Assembly: GCA_965205865.1 (NCBI GenBank)
Contig: CBDBHR010000028.1
Span: forward strand, 224,001 to 288,000
Direction of reading: 5' to 3'
Source: a bacterium
GTDB taxonomy: Bacteria > SAR324 > NAC60-12
DNA length: 64,000 bases
Shown: positions 18,045 to 29,059 of the stretch, in pieces
Layout: each line of letters opens with the position of its first letter
How positions within the stretch are numbered: the first letter of the stretch is position 1
Position numbers and translations under genes: made by a program
Notes under the pieces: generated by a model
Databases searched by the model: none
Seen by the model: only the letters and a program-made list of their open reading frames with translations
Told to the model about the DNA's origin: nothing

Positions 18045-20780
18045 ATGGCAACACTTGAAACACTGACCTTCGGATCCCTTGTTCGCGGAGTGGCTCCGGA
18101 CGGGCCCACTGAGGTCGTCAACGTCAAGTGGTTCGGCGACTCGGCGGTCGAACTTACATTCAAGATACCAACCACTGGGCTCGTGGGAACTCGGCTCCTC
18201 TACCGGGATGACGAAGCCAGTTTGGAGGTGCTCGAGCGCGGGCTTCCATGGTCCTTCGATGGGGACGGCCACCTCTTCCGTCTCGTCTCCGAGGCCCAGA
18301 GAATCCGGTTAGCCCACCTCTTCGACCCGGTACTCGCCGTTCACACGTCCATTGTGGATCCTTTACCTCACCAGATCACAGCAGTGTACGACTCGATGCT
18401 GACCCGCCAACCGCTGCGTTTTCTTCTTGCCGATGACCCGGGAGCCGGTAAGACGATTATGGCCGGGTTGCTGGTAAAAGAACTCGTAGCCCGTGGTGAC
18501 CTGGAGCGTTGCCTGGTAGTGTGTCCGGGCAACCTGGCCGAGCAGTGGCAAGACGAACTCTACCGTCGATTCCAGTTGCCGTTTGAGATTATGACCAACG
18601 ACAAGCTGGAGGCCGCGCGTACGGGAAACTGGTTCTCCGAGACGCCTTTGGCCATTGCGCGTCTCGACAAGCTGGCGCGTGACGTGGATGTTCAAGCCCT
18701 GCTCCGCGCCTGCGAAGGCGGATGGGACTTGGTGATCTGCGACGAGGCCCACAAGATGTCGGCCTCTTTCTTTGGCGGCGAGATCAGGTACACCAAACGC
18801 TACCGCTTGGGTCAGATGCTCTCGACTCGCACTCGCCACTTCCTGTTGCTGACAGCAACTCCGCATAATGGCAAGGAAGAAGACTTCCAACTGTTTATGG
18901 CCCTATTGGATGGCGACCGCTTCGAAGGCCGCTTCCGGGATGGGGTACACACTGCCGACGTTACGGACCTGATGCGTCGCATGGTCAAGGAGAGGCTGTT
19001 CAAGTTCGATACCACGCCGTTGTTCCCGGAACGTCGCGCCTACGCGGTTCCTTACAAGCTGTCCGATAATGAGGCCCGTTTGTACCGGGAGGTGACCGAC
19101 TACGTGCGGGAAGAATTCAACCGCGCCGAAGCTCTTCAGAACGACAAACGTGCGGGAACCATAGGATTTGCCCTCACCATCCTGCAACGACGACTGGCGT
19201 CCTCGCCCGAGGCTATCTACCAGTCCCTTCGTAGACGGAAGGAGAGGCTGGAGAGTCGTCTCCGTGAGCTTCAACTGTTGCAACGAGGCTCGCAGGTCTC
19301 GGTGTCCCTCTCTGCAAGCGTCCCAGACTGGGACGAGGAAGACCTTGTGGACCTGGAGGACGCTCCCGGTGAAGAGGTCGCAGCGGCCGAGGAAGAGATA
19401 CTGGACCGCGCTACGGCTGCGCGGACGGTTGGTGAGCTTGAGGCCGAGATCCAAAGTCTGCGCCGGCTGGAATCGCTGGCGCAGACGGTACGGTCCAGTG
19501 GCGAAGACAAGAAATGGCAAGAACTTGCCGATCTTCTCAACAAGCTGTTTACCAATGCAGCGAAAGCAACCGGAGAGTTGTTCGTACCCTCTCAGCATCA
19601 GAAACTCGTCATCTTTACCGAATATCGGGATACCCTCAACTACCTGCGCCAACGGATTGTAACTCTCTTGGGTCGCCAGGAGTCAGTTGTCATGATTCAC
19701 GGCGGTATCGGGAGAGAGGAAAGGCATCGGGGAGTACTCCGGCAAAGCTCAGCGCTTGTCGACGACAATGACGCAGGTGACAGGCCTCGGGTCCTCTTGT
19801 ACTTGGAGCACAGCATCCAAGACGGAAGCCATACGCGCTCCGGGGAACAGAGGACCATCTCCAAGAGGACTCTCTACGTGGGACTGGATGCGGATTCCAC
19901 GGTTTTAGGCCAGGACTATGCGCCTTATCTCGACTACCGGCCTTTGGGTAATGAGGAACCAAGCCTGGAGAAGATAGTCAATCGCCCCGAGTGTAGCTGG
20001 ATCAACTGCGACCTGGAAGCGAAGGCCGTCGAATATGCCGTCTCTCATCTGGTGCCCACCCACCTTGAAGAGCTACGGTCGCGTAAGATGGAACTCCTTT
20101 CAAAAACAGAGGCAGCGGTCAAGGAACGCCTGACCAAGGAGATCGCCTACTGGGACCACCGGGCCGCCGACCTCCAGTTGCAGGAGCAAGCCGGAAAGCC
20201 CAATGCGCGCCTGAATTCCTCCGAAGCTCGCCGCAGGGCCGATGACCTGCAAGCACGCTTGCAAAAACGCATGGATGAAATTCAACGCGAGCGTCAGCTG
20301 TCGCCACTGCCCCCTGTTGTGCTGGGCGGCGTGCTGGTGGTGCCATCCGGACTCCTTCGCAAGATGACCGGTGTGGTCAGCGCGCCTCCGGCGAGTCGAG
20401 ACACGCAAGCGGCTGCGGCCAGGGCCAGGGTTGCGGTCATGGAAGTCGAGCGCGGACTTGGATTCGAGCCAGTGGATCGAGAGTCGGACAAGCTTGGCTA
20501 TGATGTCGAAAGCCGCGTGCCTGGCACCGGCAAGCTACGGTTCATCGAGGTCAAGGGCAGGGTTCAGGGCGCGTCAACCGTGACGGTCACCAAGAACGAG
20601 GTGCTCACCTCCCTGAACAAACCGGAGGACTACATCCTGGCAATCGTGGAGTTCCAAAGTGACGGGGCGGGTCATGTCCACTACGTCCGCAGACCCTTTC
20701 GCCGGGAGCCGGACTTTGGCGTGACCAGCGTCAACTACGACCTGCCGAAGTTGCTGGCTCGTGCCGAGGTACCGTCATGA
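18045..20780 (+). pseudogene. SNF2 helicase with C-terminal DUF3883/NOV nuclease domain; in-frame deletion of most of the Helicase-C domain
   Basis: ADDPGAGKT, DEAH, LTATPH, VIFTE present; motifs V and VI absent after IHGGIGREER (~19724); GYDVES/FIEVKG nuclease motif. Confidence 0.8.
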
Positions 20781-23550
20781 TCGTTCGTAAGAAGCTGATA
20801 GAGGTGGACCTTCCACTGGACGAGATCAATGCGGAGTCCAAGCGGGAAAAGTCGATCAGGCATGGGCACCCTTCCACGCTTCACTTGTGGTGGGCGCGCA
20901 GGCCACTGGCCGCCTGCCGCGCCGTCATCTTTGCCAGCATGGTGGATGACCCATCCTCTTGCCCTGACGAATTCCCCACAGATGAAGAGCAACTCGCCGA
21001 ACGCACCCGGCTTCACAACATCATCCGCCAGATCGTCAAGTGGGAGAGCACCGACGAGAGGAAACCCGCATCAAGGGAGGTTAAGAATGAAGCCAGATAT
21101 GAGATTGCTCGTTCCGTTGCTCGCTCCCGCGGAGAGACCCCGTCCGACAAGGACAGGCCAACCGATGTGCTACGTTACTTGAATGACAACGCGCCGCCTA
21201 TCTACGACCCCTTCGCCGGGGGCGGTTCCATTCCCTTGGAGGCGCAGCGCCTTGGTCTGCGGGCCATTGCGTCCGATCTCAACCCTATCGCGGTGCTCAT
21301 CAACAAGGCGCTCATTGAGTTGCCTCCCAAGTTTGCCGGCAGACCGCCCGTGAACCCGGACGCCTCTGGTATCATGGGTGACACGGCTTGGCATGGGTCC
21401 GCCGGGCTTGCCGACGACATCCGATACTATGGCAAATGGATGAGAGACGAGGCGGAGAGGCGAATCGGACATCTGTACCCAAAGGTCCGGCTTCCCGATG
21501 GAGGCGTGGCCACGGTGATTGCCTGGTTGTGGGCGCGTACTGTCCCTTGTCCTAACCCGGCATGTGGGATAACGATGCCGTTGATGGTGACCTTTTAACT
21601 GTCCAAAAAGGCGAACAATCAGCATTGGACGAGGCCGGTTGTCGATCATGGGGCAAACGTTATTTCCTTCATAGTGCAGGACCACGAGGGCGGTGTGCCG
21701 AAGGAAGGCACGGTGAACCGCAATGGGGCGACTTGCTTTGCCTGCAACACTACCTCGCCACTGTCATACGTCCGTGAGCAGTCCAGATCCGGAAACATGG
21801 GCGAGCAGATGACGGCGATAGTTGCCGAAGGCGACCGCAAACGGTTGTTTCTATCGCCGACGGAGGAGCACGTCCATGTAGCGCTATCAGCACAACCGAA
21901 TGAATGTTCTATTCCCCAACAAAAAATGCCCACGAGCGCTTACAAGGTAAGCGGTCGTGCGTACGGGATTACACACTGGCACCAACTGTTTACAAATCGG
22001 CAGTTGACAGCGCTCTCCACCTTCAGCGAATTGCTGCCAACCGTGCGGGCTACGATGTTCAGGCATGGAGCAGATGAAGAGTACGCTGATGCCATCTGTA
22101 CATACATCGCTCTTGTTGTGGGAAGGAGTGCAAATAGTTGTTCTAGTTTTGCAAGATGGCAAAACACCGGCGACAAAGTCGCCGGTGTTTTCGCGCGTCA
22201 GGCAGTTCCTATGATGTGGGACTTCGCAGAGACCAACTTGTTCTGTACTTCGACACAGAATTGGATGGCTCAGGTGGAATGGATTGCAAAGGTTATCGAG
22301 CAACTACCTCCCAACGTAAACGTTGGAGAAGCGTACCAAGCAGATGCTTCCACTTCAATACTCGCTAGCGATGGTTCTGTAATAGTTACAGATCCGCCCT
22401 ACTATGACAACATCAGTTATGCAGAGCTCTCCGACTTCTTCTATGTGTGGCTGAGACCTCTGCTCCGCGATGCATACCCTGAACTGTTCGCTGGCATCCT
22501 GGTTCCCATAGACGAAGAGATGATAGCTGCACCCCGATTCGAGAATGCGAGAGAGCGATTTGAAGAACTGATGAGCAAGACCCAGAGTTTCCCTCGTCCA
22601 TCTTCTACGCCTACAAGCAGCAAGAGGAAGATCGGGATGGCAGTACTTCTACCGGCTGGGACACCATGCTTTCTGCGCTGGTCTTAGCTGGATTTCAAAT
22701 AGTCGGCACTTGGCCTATGCGCACGGAGCGCTCTGGAAGGTCTAACGCTTTGAGTGCGAATTCGTTAGCCTCTTCAGTCATTCTCGTCTGCCGAAAGCGA
22801 CACCATGACGCTCCCGTTGCGACGCGCCGGGAGTTTGTCACCGCCTTAAGGTACGAGTTGCCTAATGCGCTGCGCCAGATGCAGACGGGCAACATTGCAC
22901 CTGTGGATTTAGCCCAGGCCGCTATCGGTCCGGGGATGGCGGTATTTACCCGCTACGCTAAAGTATTAGATACCGATGGCGAGGCGGAGTCTGTGCGTGA
23001 AGCCCCCGCTCTCATCAATCAGACGTTGGATGAGGTGATGGCGGAGCAAGAGGGCGACTTCGACGCGGACACCCGCTGGGCGTTGGCCTGGTTCGAGCAA
23101 TCGGGCTTTACGGAAGGTGAATTCGGCATGGCCGAGACGCTCTGCAAAGCCAAGAACACAAGTGTGTCAGGATTGGTGGAGGCGGGTATACTGGAATCAG
23201 GCGCGGGCAAGGTGCGCCTGCTCCGGCCCAACGAATTGAAGGAAGACTGGGACCCGGAGAATGAACGAGGATTCACGATTTGGGAGGCAACTCATCACCT
23301 GGTCCGCGTCCTGGACAAGGGTGAGCTTGTCGCAGCCGAGATGATTGCCAAGCTTGGAGTCAATGCGGAAACCTCCCGTGAATTGGCCTACCGCCTCTAC
23401 CGTATCTGCGACCGGAAAAAGCGTTCCCGGGAAGCCCTGGGCTACAATTCTTTGGTTCAAAGTTGGCCGGAGATCGCTCGCTTGGCTCGAGAAGTTGGCA
23501 GAGCGCCCCGGCAAACGTCCTTTATCAGCGATGAGGGTACTACGCAATGA
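20777..23550 (+). pseudogene. DUF1156 adenine DNA methyltransferase, disrupted
   Basis: LHLWWARRPLAACRA, DPFAGGGSIP, TDPPYYD; in-frame TAA at 21596-21598 and frameshift/deletion near 22580. Confidence 0.9.
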
Positions 23551-23900
23551 CCATTGAGACGATCATTTCTACCATGGTGGACCGAATCGTCGGGCGATTC
23601 CAACCGGCTCGCGTGGTGCTGTTCGGTTCCTATGCCCGTGGAACCGCCATCGAGTCGAGCGACGTGGATCTGCTTGTAGTGATGGGGGACGTTCAAGACA
23701 AACGACGTGCAGCGGTAGAGATAAGACGGTCTCTGGGCGACCTCACTATCAGTAAGGACATCGTGGTGACCACGCCGGACGAAATCGCGAGTCGAGGTGA
23801 CGTGGTGGGAAGCATACTCCACACCGCTCTTCGAGAAGGAGTGACCGTCTACCGGAAAGTTGGTCAGTACGGACTACGCACGCCGACTTGGCCGAATTGA
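23547..23900 (+). CDS. Minimal nucleotidyltransferase (MNT) antitoxin; last residues derive from a deletion junction
   Basis: LFGSYARG...SDVDLLVV motif. Confidence 0.88.
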   Translation: MTIETIISTMVDRIVGRFQPARVVLFGSYARGTAIESSDVDLLVVMGDVQDKRRAAVEIRRSLGDLTISKDIVVTTPDEIASRGDVVGSILHTALREGVTVYRKVGQYGLRTPTWPN

Positions 23901-24043
23901 CTGAGTGGGCGGTGGAAACAAGATACCCCGGCAACTGGCCGGAACCTGCGGATGCGGATGCAACCCGCGCCGAATCGGAGGCCCGCGCAATTTACAATTC
24001 CATAGCGGCAGAATTCAAGCGTCGTGGGGCGCTTGCAGAGTAA
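23849..24043 (+). pseudogene. HEPN protein, C-terminal remnant
   Basis: Unlisted frame reads LPESWSVRTTHADLAELTEWAVETRYPGNWPEP...*; N-terminus missing. Confidence 0.75.
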
Positions 24044-24061
24044 CTTTTTAGAAAGGATCAC

Positions 24062-27000
24062 ATGGCAGCAACCAACAGAGATCGCGTAGGAAACGCGATG
24101 GACACGCTTAAAGACGGGCTCATGCCGTTCGTTTCACGTGAATTCATCAATCACTACGGGGGGAGTTCCGCGCAAGCGTTACAGAAAATCCTGGGAGAGT
24201 CGGTCTTGGATGGGAAAGAGCACTTTTCCAACATGGACGCTGCGGCGCTCCTGAGAGTTATGTGGGAGTCCTGGAACGAGGTCTATCGCGACACCCTTGG
24301 TTACGCTGAGCGGAGTCTCGTGAGCGAGTTGCGGGACATCCGTATTCGTTGGGCGCACCAAAAAGCATTCTCCGGCGATGATGCCTACCGGGCTCTCGAT
24401 TCGACTCACCGCCTCCTTTTGGCAGTCTCGGCTCCGGAGGCCGGGAAAATCGAAGGCATGAAGATGGAACTCCTGCGCGTGCGCTTCGACGAGCAGGCAA
24501 GGACGCAACGGCGCAAGACCGCCAGCGCAGTTGTAGAAAGCCAGGGAATATACGGTCTCGCCCCCTGGCGTGAAGTGGTCAGTCCGCATCAGGACGTCGC
24601 TAGCGGCAGATACCAGCAGGCCGAATTTGCGGCAGACCTCTGGCAGGTGCAGCTCGGAGAGGGGTCACCCGAATACCTCGACCCCTCTGAGTTCTTCCGC
24701 CGCACCTACTTGACGGAGAGTCTGAAACAGCTATTGAGCGGCGCAACGCAACGGCTTTCCGGCTTGGGTGGGGACCCGGTATTGCAGCTTCAGACGACCT
24801 TCGGCGGTGGCAAGACACACTCTATGCTGGCCCTTTACCATCTCTTCTCCGGAGCGACGGTCAATAAACTGTCCGGTATGGATACGGTTATGCAGGATAC
24901 CGGAGTCGAGTCACTTCCTCTGGTTAACCGTGTGGTCCTGGTCGGTAACCGGATTTCACCGGGCAATCCCGTCACCAAGGCTGATGGCACGGAAGTACGA
25001 ACGTTGTGGGGAGAGCTTGCCTGGCAGCTTGGACAGGCGGCGGGTGGCGAGTCTGAAGCCCGCCGCGCCTACGAACGGGTGCGTGTAGACGACGAACGAG
25101 CCACCAACCCCGGAGACGTGCTGCGCGAACTGCTGAACCAATACGCTCCCTCCCTCATCTTGATCGACGAATGGGTGGCCTATGCCCGCCAACTTCATGA
25201 CGAGGGCGACCTTCCCGCCGGGAGTTTCGAGACCCAGTTCACCTTCGCCCAAGCCCTCTCCGAATCGGCGAAGCTGGCGAGGGACTGCCTCCTGGTCATC
25301 AGCCTTCCGGCCTCGGACGCCACCGAATCACCCCATGCTCAAGCTGACGACGTTGAGGTGGGTGGACGGAGGGGCAGGGCCGCGCTCAGCCGTCTGGATA
25401 ACGTTATCGGGCGTCTCGAGTCCTCGTGGCGTCCGGCCAGTGCGGAGGAGAGCTTCGAGATTGTGCGCCGTCGTCTGTTTCGACCCATTGTCGATCCGTC
25501 AAACTTCGCAACCCGCGACAACGTGGCCCGGGCCTTCTGTGACCTCTACCGCGCAAGCAACCAGGAGTTTCCTCCGGAGTGCGCAGAGGCAGATTATGAG
25601 AAACGAATCAAGGCGGCGTATCCCATTCACCCGGAGGTCTTCGAGCGCCTCTATAGCGATTGGTCGACGTTACGGAGCTTTCAACGTACGCGTGGCGTCT
25701 TGAGGTTCATGGCGACGGTGATTCACAACCTCTGGGAAAAGGGTGACCGCAATCCTTTGATACTGCCGGCTCACCTTCCCATGGACGATCCCCGGGTGCA
25801 AACCGAACTCGCGCGTTATCTCCCGGAAAACTGGCTCCCCGTCATCGAGCGTGACATAGACGGCGTCAACTCTCTTCCCTTGAGGATTGACAGCGAGGTC
25901 CCAAACCTGGGTAAGTACAGTGCCTGCCGTAGGGTGGCCCGCTCGATCTATCTGGGTTCCGCGCCCATCCCGGGGGCGGCCAACCAGGGAATCGAAGACC
26001 GGAGGATCAAGCTGGGGTGCGTCATTCCGGGAGAGTCTCCCGCAGTATTCGGGGACGCGATGAGGCGACTGGGAAGCAAGGCAACTTACCTGTACCAGGA
26101 TGGCGCGCGCTACTGGTACTCGACTCAGCCGACTGTAGCCAATCTCGCCGAGAACCGGGCCGAGGAGTACCGAAGAAACCGTGACAAGGTAGACGAGGAG
26201 ATTGCTCGGAGGCTCCGGGAAGAACTGAAAAATCGGGGCGATTTCAATAAGGTCCACATCCTTCCTTCATCGGGTCACGACGTGCAAGATGACCAGGATG
26301 TGAGCCTGGTGATACTCGGCCCGAACTACCCTCATACTCGTGAAGAAGGATCAGATAGCCGTGGCATCACAGCTGCCAAATCCATACTGGAGTCGCGGGG
26401 AAACGCGCCGCGCCTGTTCAGGAACACCCTGTCCTTTTTGGCGGCGGATGAAACGCGCCTTCAAGAACTGGAGGACGGAATAAGGCGATTCCTGGCCTGG
26501 CAGTGGATTCTCGCCGACAGAGAACCTCTCGACCTTCCACCACACCAAGTACGGCAGGCCGAATCCCAACTAACCGCCGCCGAGAGCGCCGTCATTGCGC
26601 GTATCGGGGAGACTTACCAGTGGCTGCTGGCGCCTGTGCGGACAACTCCCCAATCAGACTTGGAATGGCAAGCCATCAGACTGAGCGGACAAGGATCTCT
26701 TGCAGACCGAGCCAGTAAAAGAATGCGCAACGATGAGTTGCTGGTAACCAACTTCGCCGGGACTCGCCTCCGTATGGAACTGGATCGCATACCCCTGTGG
26801 CGAGGAGACCACGTTTCGGTTCGACAACTCGTGGAAGACTTCGCGCGTTATCCCTATTTGCCCAGGCTCAAGGATCCGGCTGTGCTGCTCGAAGCAATAC
26901 GCAATGGACTGTCACTCCTCACCTGGGAGCAGGACTCTTTCGCATATGCCGACTACTATGATGAAGTAGAAGAAAGATATCGTGCTCTGCGATTCAGAGA

Positions 27001-27433
27001 ACAGATTGCTATTTCCGATAATGACCCTGGCTTGGTTGTCCGTCCGGAGGTAGCTCGTAAGCAAATAGATACGGAGGTACTGCGCGCTGCCAATGCCGCC
27101 GAGGGAAAGGGATCCACCTACGTCAAAGAATCGGAAGAACAGGGGAAGGTGCATGAGAATTCGGCAGAAGAACTTACTACGTCCACTCCACACCCTGCGG
27201 CTAGGCGCTACCACGGGTCAGTGAAACTGGACCCCACGCGTGTCGGGCGAGACGCGAGCCAGGTAGCAGACGAGGTGATCGCTCACCTGGCGGGTCTGAT
27301 GGGATCGGAAGTGAGGTTGACCCTGGAAATCGAAGCCGACATCCCGGACGGCGCACCGGAGCACGTCAAACGAATAGTTATCGAGAACAGCCGGAACCTG
27401 AATTTCGACGACAGCAGCTTTGAGAATGAGTAG
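24062..27433 (+). CDS. DUF499 AAA+ ATPase with N-terminal Swt1-like HEPN domain
   Basis: RIRWAH (Rx4H), PWREVV.PH.DV, EFAADL, TTFGGGKTH, LIDE, AYPIHP, FQRTRGVLR. Confidence 0.92.
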   Translation: MAATNRDRVGNAMDTLKDGLMPFVSREFINHYGGSSAQALQKILGESVLDGKEHFSNMDAAALLRVMWESWNEVYRDTLGYAERSLVSELRDIRIRWAHQKAFSGDDAYRALDSTHRLLLAVSAPEAGKIEGMKMELLRVRFDEQARTQRRKTASAVVESQGIYGLAPWREVVSPHQDVASGRYQQAEFAADLWQVQLGEGSPEYLDPSEFFRRTYLTESLKQLLSGATQRLSGLGGDPVLQLQTTFGGGKTHSMLALYHLFSGATVNKLSGMDTVMQDTGVESLPLVNRVVLVGNRISPGNPVTKADGTEVRTLWGELAWQLGQAAGGESEARRAYERVRVDDERATNPGDVLRELLNQYAPSLILIDEWVAYARQLHDEGDLPAGSFETQFTFAQALSESAKLARDCLLVISLPASDATESPHAQADDVEVGGRRGRAALSRLDNVIGRLESSWRPASAEESFEIVRRRLFRPIVDPSNFATRDNVARAFCDLYRASNQEFPPECAEADYEKRIKAAYPIHPEVFERLYSDWSTLRSFQRTRGVLRFMATVIHNLWEKGDRNPLILPAHLPMDDPRVQTELARYLPENWLPVIERDIDGVNSLPLRIDSEVPNLGKYSACRRVARSIYLGSAPIPGAANQGIEDRRIKLGCVIPGESPAVFGDAMRRLGSKATYLYQDGARYWYSTQPTVANLAENRAEEYRRNRDKVDEEIARRLREELKNRGDFNKVHILPSSGHDVQDDQDVSLVILGPNYPHTREEGSDSRGITAAKSILESRGNAPRLFRNTLSFLAADETRLQELEDGIRRFLAWQWILADREPLDLPPHQVRQAESQLTAAESAVIARIGETYQWLLAPVRTTPQSDLEWQAIRLSGQGSLADRASKRMRNDELLVTNFAGTRLRMELDRIPLWRGDHVSVRQLVEDFARYPYLPRLKDPAVLLEAIRNGLSLLTWEQDSFAYADYYDEVEERYRALRFREQIAISDNDPGLVVRPEVARKQIDTEVLRAANAAEGKGSTYVKESEEQGKVHENSAEELTTSTPHPAARRYHGSVKLDPTRVGRDASQVADEVIAHLAGLMGSEVRLTLEIEADIPDGAPEHVKRIVIENSRNLNFDDSSFENE

Positions 27434-27630
27434 GGCAGGATTCCCAACTAGGTGAATCCGTTGTTGAATTCTTAAAGGCCGACAAGCAAGGATAGCGCAA
27501 ACTATTTTGCGAGAATTTATAAGACATTGATTTGCTTGAAGAAAGGTAAATTATTTGTACTTTCCCGATGGGAGTTGATCGCCTGCGCGGTTTCAATTCG
27601 AGGCTTGTAAAAGGCAACAGTCGATTTTGA

Positions 27631-29059
27631 TCATATCCAGAAGGTCTCAGATTCGACCTCAAGCTCTCGGTAAGTTTCACGTCTCGCTGTCCGGCGAACC
27701 CGCACCAACCTGGCAATTTCCACAACAGGGGAAGCGCGAAGCTTGTCCAAGCTGGAATTCAAGACCGTTGTCATTGAACCAACGGCCGATCCGAGTTCAG
27801 GAAATATCGCAGGTTCCCAATCCGCATACCAGTGAATCCAACGAGAAAGCACGTCGTCTCCTGCTTCGAGGCGGATCTCAGAAGGACCGCATTGGACATA
27901 GGCAGACGTTCCGAACACGTTTGGTGACGCGAGTCTCACGTTTGGTGACGCGAGTCTGATGTTAAAAGCCATTTCAGTGTGGACGCGTCCAATGTACTCC
28001 GGTAAAACGCCTTGGGTCATGTCAAGAGGGTGGTCGATGGAAAGGGGATCGATACCTCCCTTCCGGCCCACCAACCCTGCCATTTTGCCGAGACGATTTT
28101 TCAGAATTGGCAAGTCGAGTGTTTCCGCCTCGGCAGGATCGGCGGTGAAGCCGGACGGGCCGATGGTCAAGCTCATGTCGAATTCAACGAAACCCGTTGT
28201 GTCAAAATCGACCACTCGGAGGGCAAGTGGTACTTCGCCGGGATTCACAGCGGCTTCTGAGCGCGCCCAGAGTTTCTGCGCAAGTTCCTTTGTACCCCCG
28301 GCGTCGCAAGAGAGAAGGTTCCTCGCCCAATCTGGTCTGTCGATGGGCTCCAGGTCGGCCAATCCTCTGTTCATCGTAAGAGCAAGCATAGCGCAGTCTT
28401 CCGCGACTTCATGCGACACTGCTCCTATTATGGCGGCAAAAGCATGTGTCCGAAGATACGCGGAGACGTAAAGTTCCCGTTGCCCATGGTCGAACTGACC
28501 CGCGACGACGCCGGTCCCCTCTGGAGCAGAAGTAGGGGTACTCGGCAGCTGGACGGGGATGGGTCACCTGAAGCCAGCGCCAGTCATGCTCCCAGCGTTT
28601 CCTGAATGGGAAATTGAACAACTCTTGAAGTCGTGTGAGCTTACTTGAAAAGATCGATGCTACTGCCCACTTGCGGTAAAGATCGAACCAAGCCTCCTGA
28701 TGCTGTGGCAACGGGGCCGGTTCGGATGGTGAAATTGCGTAACGAAATGGATAAAGGCCGCTCGCATCGGTGAAGTTTCTCTTCAGAAGCAAATCCGAAA
28801 GATGTGAAGGGGCTTGGACGGCCTTCGCTACGTCGGCGAACTCGAAGTAGGCACCGAGATCAAACGCGTCAATAATGCCAAGACCTAGTATCGCTTCGCT
28901 CTCCAATTGACGGGCACTGATCCAGTTGAGAAGACCATTCGCAGCCTCCCTCTCTTCCTCACGAATAAGGCGCGCCAAACTACGAGCCGCTTCCCATCGT
29001 ACCCGCGGGACCGGCCACAGCAGTCGTTCGAGCAGCATTAAGAGTGCGGGATCAGTCAT
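27631..29059 (-). pseudogene. Partner protein of the nuclease-STAND gene, frameshifted
   Basis: ATGA overlap with the STAND stop; ORFs 28409-29068 and 27631-28419 join across a frameshift near 28500 (GQFDHGQRELYVSAYLRT). Confidence 0.7.
27916..27957. repeat. Perfect 21-bp tandem duplication (in frame, RLASPNV x2)
   Basis: CACGTTTGGTGACGCGAGTCT occurs twice. Confidence 0.95.

Noticed and set aside
21596-21598. Programmed stop-codon readthrough or alternative genetic code in the MTase
   Set aside because: TAA terminates other genes normally and the same gene has a second lesion, so decay is the simpler explanation
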